Origin: Syntrophomonas sp.
Lineage (GTDB): Bacteria; Bacillota; Syntrophomonadia; Syntrophomonadales; Syntrophomonadaceae
Direction of reading: 5' to 3'
DNA: 64,000 nt
Assembly: GCA_039679855.1 (NCBI GenBank)
Contig: JBDKUE010000111.1
Location: forward strand, 16,846 to 80,845
In this document: positions 61,329 through 64,000 of the stretch, piece after piece
Layout: each line of letters starts with the position of its first letter
How positions within the stretch are numbered: position 1 is the first letter of the stretch
Made by a program: the position numbers and the translations under genes
The notes under the pieces: generated by a model
Databases searched by the model: none
Told to the model about the DNA's origin: nothing
What the model saw: only the letters and a program-made list of their open reading frames with translations

Positions 61329-61337
61329 ATTATACCA
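61329..61337 (-). promoter_or_regulatory. extended -10 promoter (TGGTATAAT) of the selenoprotein gene
   Basis: Minus strand reads TGgTATAAT about 45 nt upstream of the GTG start. The palindrome CGCCAATGGCG lies in the spacer just upstream. Confidence 0.45.
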
Positions 61338-61384
61338 CGCCATTGGCGGGATCTCCCTTTTACCACTTTGACAGCATTATGTAT

Positions 61385-61421
61385 ACAAAAATATGGCTAA
61401 AGGAAAAAAAGACCTTTAGCC
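61385..61421 (-). terminator. rho-independent terminator after msrAB
   Basis: 9-bp stem GGCTAAAGG / CCTTTAGCC followed on the minus strand by AUAUUUUUG. Confidence 0.7.
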
Positions 61422-61450
61422 GTACCTTAGTGGAATCTGGCAAAAGAAGC

Positions 61451-62413
61451 TTATTCCTCAAACAAAACCCGATACCCGCCATACCCTTCCTTTTCCAAAT
61501 CCTCTTTGGGAACGAAACGCAAGGCGGCTGAATTAATGCAGTATCTCAAGCCATGCGGCCCCGGCCCGTCGTTAAAGACATGGCCCAGGTGGGAGTCGGC
61601 ATCACGGCTGCGAACTTCCGTCCTTACTATGCCATGACTGTAGTCGATGCTTTCAACCACTTCCTGTTCGGCAATAGGGCGGGTAAAACTGGGCCACCCG
61701 CAGCCGGAATCGAATTTATCCCGGGACGAAAACAGCGGTACCCCGGACACGATGTCAACATAGATACCCTCCCGTCGATTGTTCCAATAGGGATTGTCAA
61801 AGGGCGGCTCCGTACCCCGCTGCTGGGTAACTTCATACTGGATGGGGCTCAGCTTTTGCACCGCTTCGCCGGGAAATTTCCTTCCCTTCCAGTGTTGCTT
61901 GATAAACTGGTCCCTTCCTGAAGCCTCCCGGTACATAGAATAATGCGCAGCGTTTTTCTTATGGTAATCCTGGTGTCCCTCTTCCGCTTCGTAAAAATTT
62001 TCGGCCGGTACTATTTGGGTTGCAATCGACCGATTGAAGACGCCGCTCTTCTCTAATTCCCGCTTTGATTTTTGGGCTTCTTTATGCTGTTCTTCATCAT
62101 GGTAAAAAATAGCCGTGCGGTAGGAATCTCCACGATCATAAAACTGCCCACCCGGATCGGTAGGATCGATCTGCTGCCAGAAGGTCTCGAGCAGGTGGCG
62201 GTAGGAAATCAAATCCGGGTCGTAGGTGATTTGAATGGCTTCGGCATGTCCGGTATTACCGCCACATACATCATGATAGCTCGGATTTTCCTTTTTCCCT
62301 CCGGTGTAACCGGAAACCACTTTTACAACCCCGGTCAGGTTCTCAAACGGCCCCACCATGCACCAAAAGCATCCCCCGGCAAAGGTTGCCTTCTGCAATT
62401 TATCAGAGCCCAT
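61451..62413 (-). CDS. msrAB: bifunctional peptide methionine sulfoxide reductase MsrA-MsrB
   Basis: 320 aa with the MsrA motif GGCFWC at the N-terminus and the MsrB motifs CGWPSF and RYCINSAAL at the C-terminus. No signal peptide. Confidence 0.95.
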   Translation of the reverse strand: MGSDKLQKATFAGGCFWCMVGPFENLTGVVKVVSGYTGGKKENPSYHDVCGGNTGHAEAIQITYDPDLISYRHLLETFWQQIDPTDPGGQFYDRGDSYRTAIFYHDEEQHKEAQKSKRELEKSGVFNRSIATQIVPAENFYEAEEGHQDYHKKNAAHYSMYREASGRDQFIKQHWKGRKFPGEAVQKLSPIQYEVTQQRGTEPPFDNPYWNNRREGIYVDIVSGVPLFSSRDKFDSGCGWPSFTRPIAEQEVVESIDYSHGIVRTEVRSRDADSHLGHVFNDGPGPHGLRYCINSAALRFVPKEDLEKEGYGGYRVLFEE

Positions 62414-62563
62414 ATGAATCCTCCCTCATACCGCCCATCTCGGGCAATTTTTTATAAGATAGGGTAAATCCTATAGATTTATACATAAGTTGAGGGACGC
62501 TCCCCAACATTTAAGCAGCGCCCCTTATTATCAATGATTGATGTAATTGTTAAAAGATTAATT

Positions 62564-64000
62564 TTATAGGGTCTTGGCCATATTGATAAGGCGTTCGGCC
62601 ATCTGGGCCATTTCCATGACCGAAGCGGTAACTTCCTGAGTTGCCGCCGCCTGTTCCTGGCTCTGTTTTACCGTGTTCTCTGAAGCCTGAACCGCTCCAT
62701 GTACAGTTGCATCTATTTCTTTGATCAATTTTCCGATCTCGTCTGCTGTCTGTTTCGACTCATCGGAAAGCTTACGGATTTCCTCGGCCACTACTCCAAA
62801 ACCACGCCCGTGTTCACCAGCCCGGGCCGCTTCAATGGCGGCGTTTAAGCCCAGCATCTTGGTCTGATCGGCCACGCTCTTGGTAAAACCGACGATTTCA
62901 CTTATATTGGCAGCGTTTTCCCTCACAGCACTGATCAGATCGGCCAGTTTTCCTTCGGTAATGGTGATTTCACCAGCCGCCCCGGCGATCTCCTGCATGA
63001 CACTGGCTACTTCAGAAGTGCTGGCGTTCAACTTGTTGGCCATATCCAGCAAATCACGGGCCAGGTTGCGGGGTATGGTTATGCCGAAGGTTCCTTCAAC
63101 ATCGCCGGTTTCCTCATCGAATAGGGGTATGCTTATCATCCTTATGTTGCCGAGCGATTTGGTGGTCAGATCAATCTGAACCCGCTTCTTCTGCTCGATA
63201 GTCATCACAGCCGTCTTGACCCCTTTTACCGAATCGCCAATTTTTACATCGACGCCAAAATTATCAGAACTCATTGCGGCGACACATTTCTCCAGGTCAC
63301 TGGCCCCCACCCAGGCACCGGCCGGCTGTGAGTCGATGATGATTGGAGCAAAAATATCAAAAGCCTTGATGACCGGGTGTAAACGGGGAGCAAAAACTCC
63401 ATAAGTGCCCACCACCGGGAGGCTTTCATCGTCATCTTCGAAAATCGGTACAACCCAGATGTTCAGAGTGGTTCCATAGACATGCTTGGGTATGGTTTCA
63501 GAAACCGGCTGGCGGGTTTGGATGCAGCGCTGTACTCTCCCGCCCTGGACCAGCGGCTGGCCAACGGCTATTCCCGCCATGCTGAAATTGTGGTTGTTTA
63601 CAAAATCATATTTCTGGGTATCGGATGTAAAATAGATTACACCATCTTTTCCGTAGGTCTTGGTTAAAAAGGCGGCTGAAGTTCTGAAGGCGTCTTTTTT
63701 GCTGCGGGCCTTTTTTAACACCCGTTCGTGGCCTTCAACAAAAGTCATCATCACATTGGCAATATTTGAATCGATAAGGGTGCTGGCAGCCGATTTGAAT
63801 TTTACCACCTGCTCCTTGACCTTCTCACTCCCAGTGGCTTCGATAATAACCTCCAATCCCGGCTGCTTGAGAAGCGTTTCCAGGTCTTGGAAAGTTGGTA
63901 CCTGCAGCTCCCGGGCCAGCTTCATTCCAGGTGCATCCTGGTTTACATCGCACATGCCCAATACCTTAAACTCATCAATCCCGCTGAAGGCACTTAATAC
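62564..64000 (-). CDS. soluble methyl-accepting chemotaxis protein, 5' end outside the window
   Basis: C-terminal MCP signalling domain ([32 protein letters not shown]). No TM helix seen. The reading frame stays open upstream of the track's TTG at 63961 to base 64000. Confidence 0.85.
   Translation of the reverse strand, partial: VLSAFSGIDEFKVLGMCDVNQDAPGMKLARELQVPTFQDLETLLKQPGLEVIIEATGSEKVKEQVVKFKSAASTLIDSNIANVMMTFVEGHERVLKKARSKKDAFRTSAAFLTKTYGKDGVIYFTSDTQKYDFVNNHNFSMAGIAVGQPLVQGGRVQRCIQTRQPVSETIPKHVYGTTLNIWVVPIFEDDDESLPVVGTYGVFAPRLHPVIKAFDIFAPIIIDSQPAGAWVGASDLEKCVAAMSSDNFGVDVKIGDSVKGVKTAVMTIEQKKRVQIDLTTKSLGNIRMISIPLFDEETGDVEGTFGITIPRNLARDLLDMANKLNASTSEVASVMQEIAGAAGEITITEGKLADLISAVRENAANISEIVGFTKSVADQTKMLGLNAAIEAARAGEHGRGFGVVAEEIRKLSDESKQTADEIGKLIKEIDATVHGAVQASENTVKQSQEQAAATQEVTASVMEMAQMAERLINMAKTL

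Overview
The window looks like chromosome from a spore-forming anaerobic Firmicute (Clostridia, Peptococcaceae/Syntrophomonadaceae-like, roughly 50% GC). That assignment is my inference from gene content and Bacillus-like synteny, not a database hit. Bases 1-49400 are almost entirely minus-strand genes. They comprise the complete F1Fo ATP synthase operon (atpZ-B-E-F-H-A-G-D-C), glyA-rpiB-ywlE-tsaC-prmC-prfA, rpmE, a YhaM-like nuclease, a radical SAM gene, rho, glpX-tal-fba-spo0F, sppA, an alr-family gene, a femAB-family gene, pyrG, an rpoE-like gene and argS. Next comes an ~11 kb cell-envelope island: an M1 peptidase, an SLH protein, a 558-aa secreted protein and a 2072-aa IPT/TIG giant protein, preceded by an HD-GYP gene. 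After that are ppiB, a PIG-L/GT4/MBL trio, an ankyrin membrane protein, a HlyD + ABC-2 exporter with TetR, cls, glnS, msrAB and a 5'-truncated soluble MCP. Four observations stand out. (1) A split ORF pair is really one UGA-selenocysteine thioredoxin-fold lipoprotein (U-P-T-C motif) with a SECIS-like hairpin, next to msrAB. (2) A second in-frame TGA interrupts a YycJ-like MBL gene and has no convincing SECIS. (3) A ~200-bp MITE-like palindromic element with ~28-bp terminal inverted repeats occurs five times, always intergenic; its ~48-bp core unit is tandemly amplified in one copy and rearranged in another. I do not recognise it. (4) The secreted TIG/SLH/peptidase island is bracketed by these elements. 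No rRNA, tRNA, CRISPR array, transposase or prophage gene was seen.
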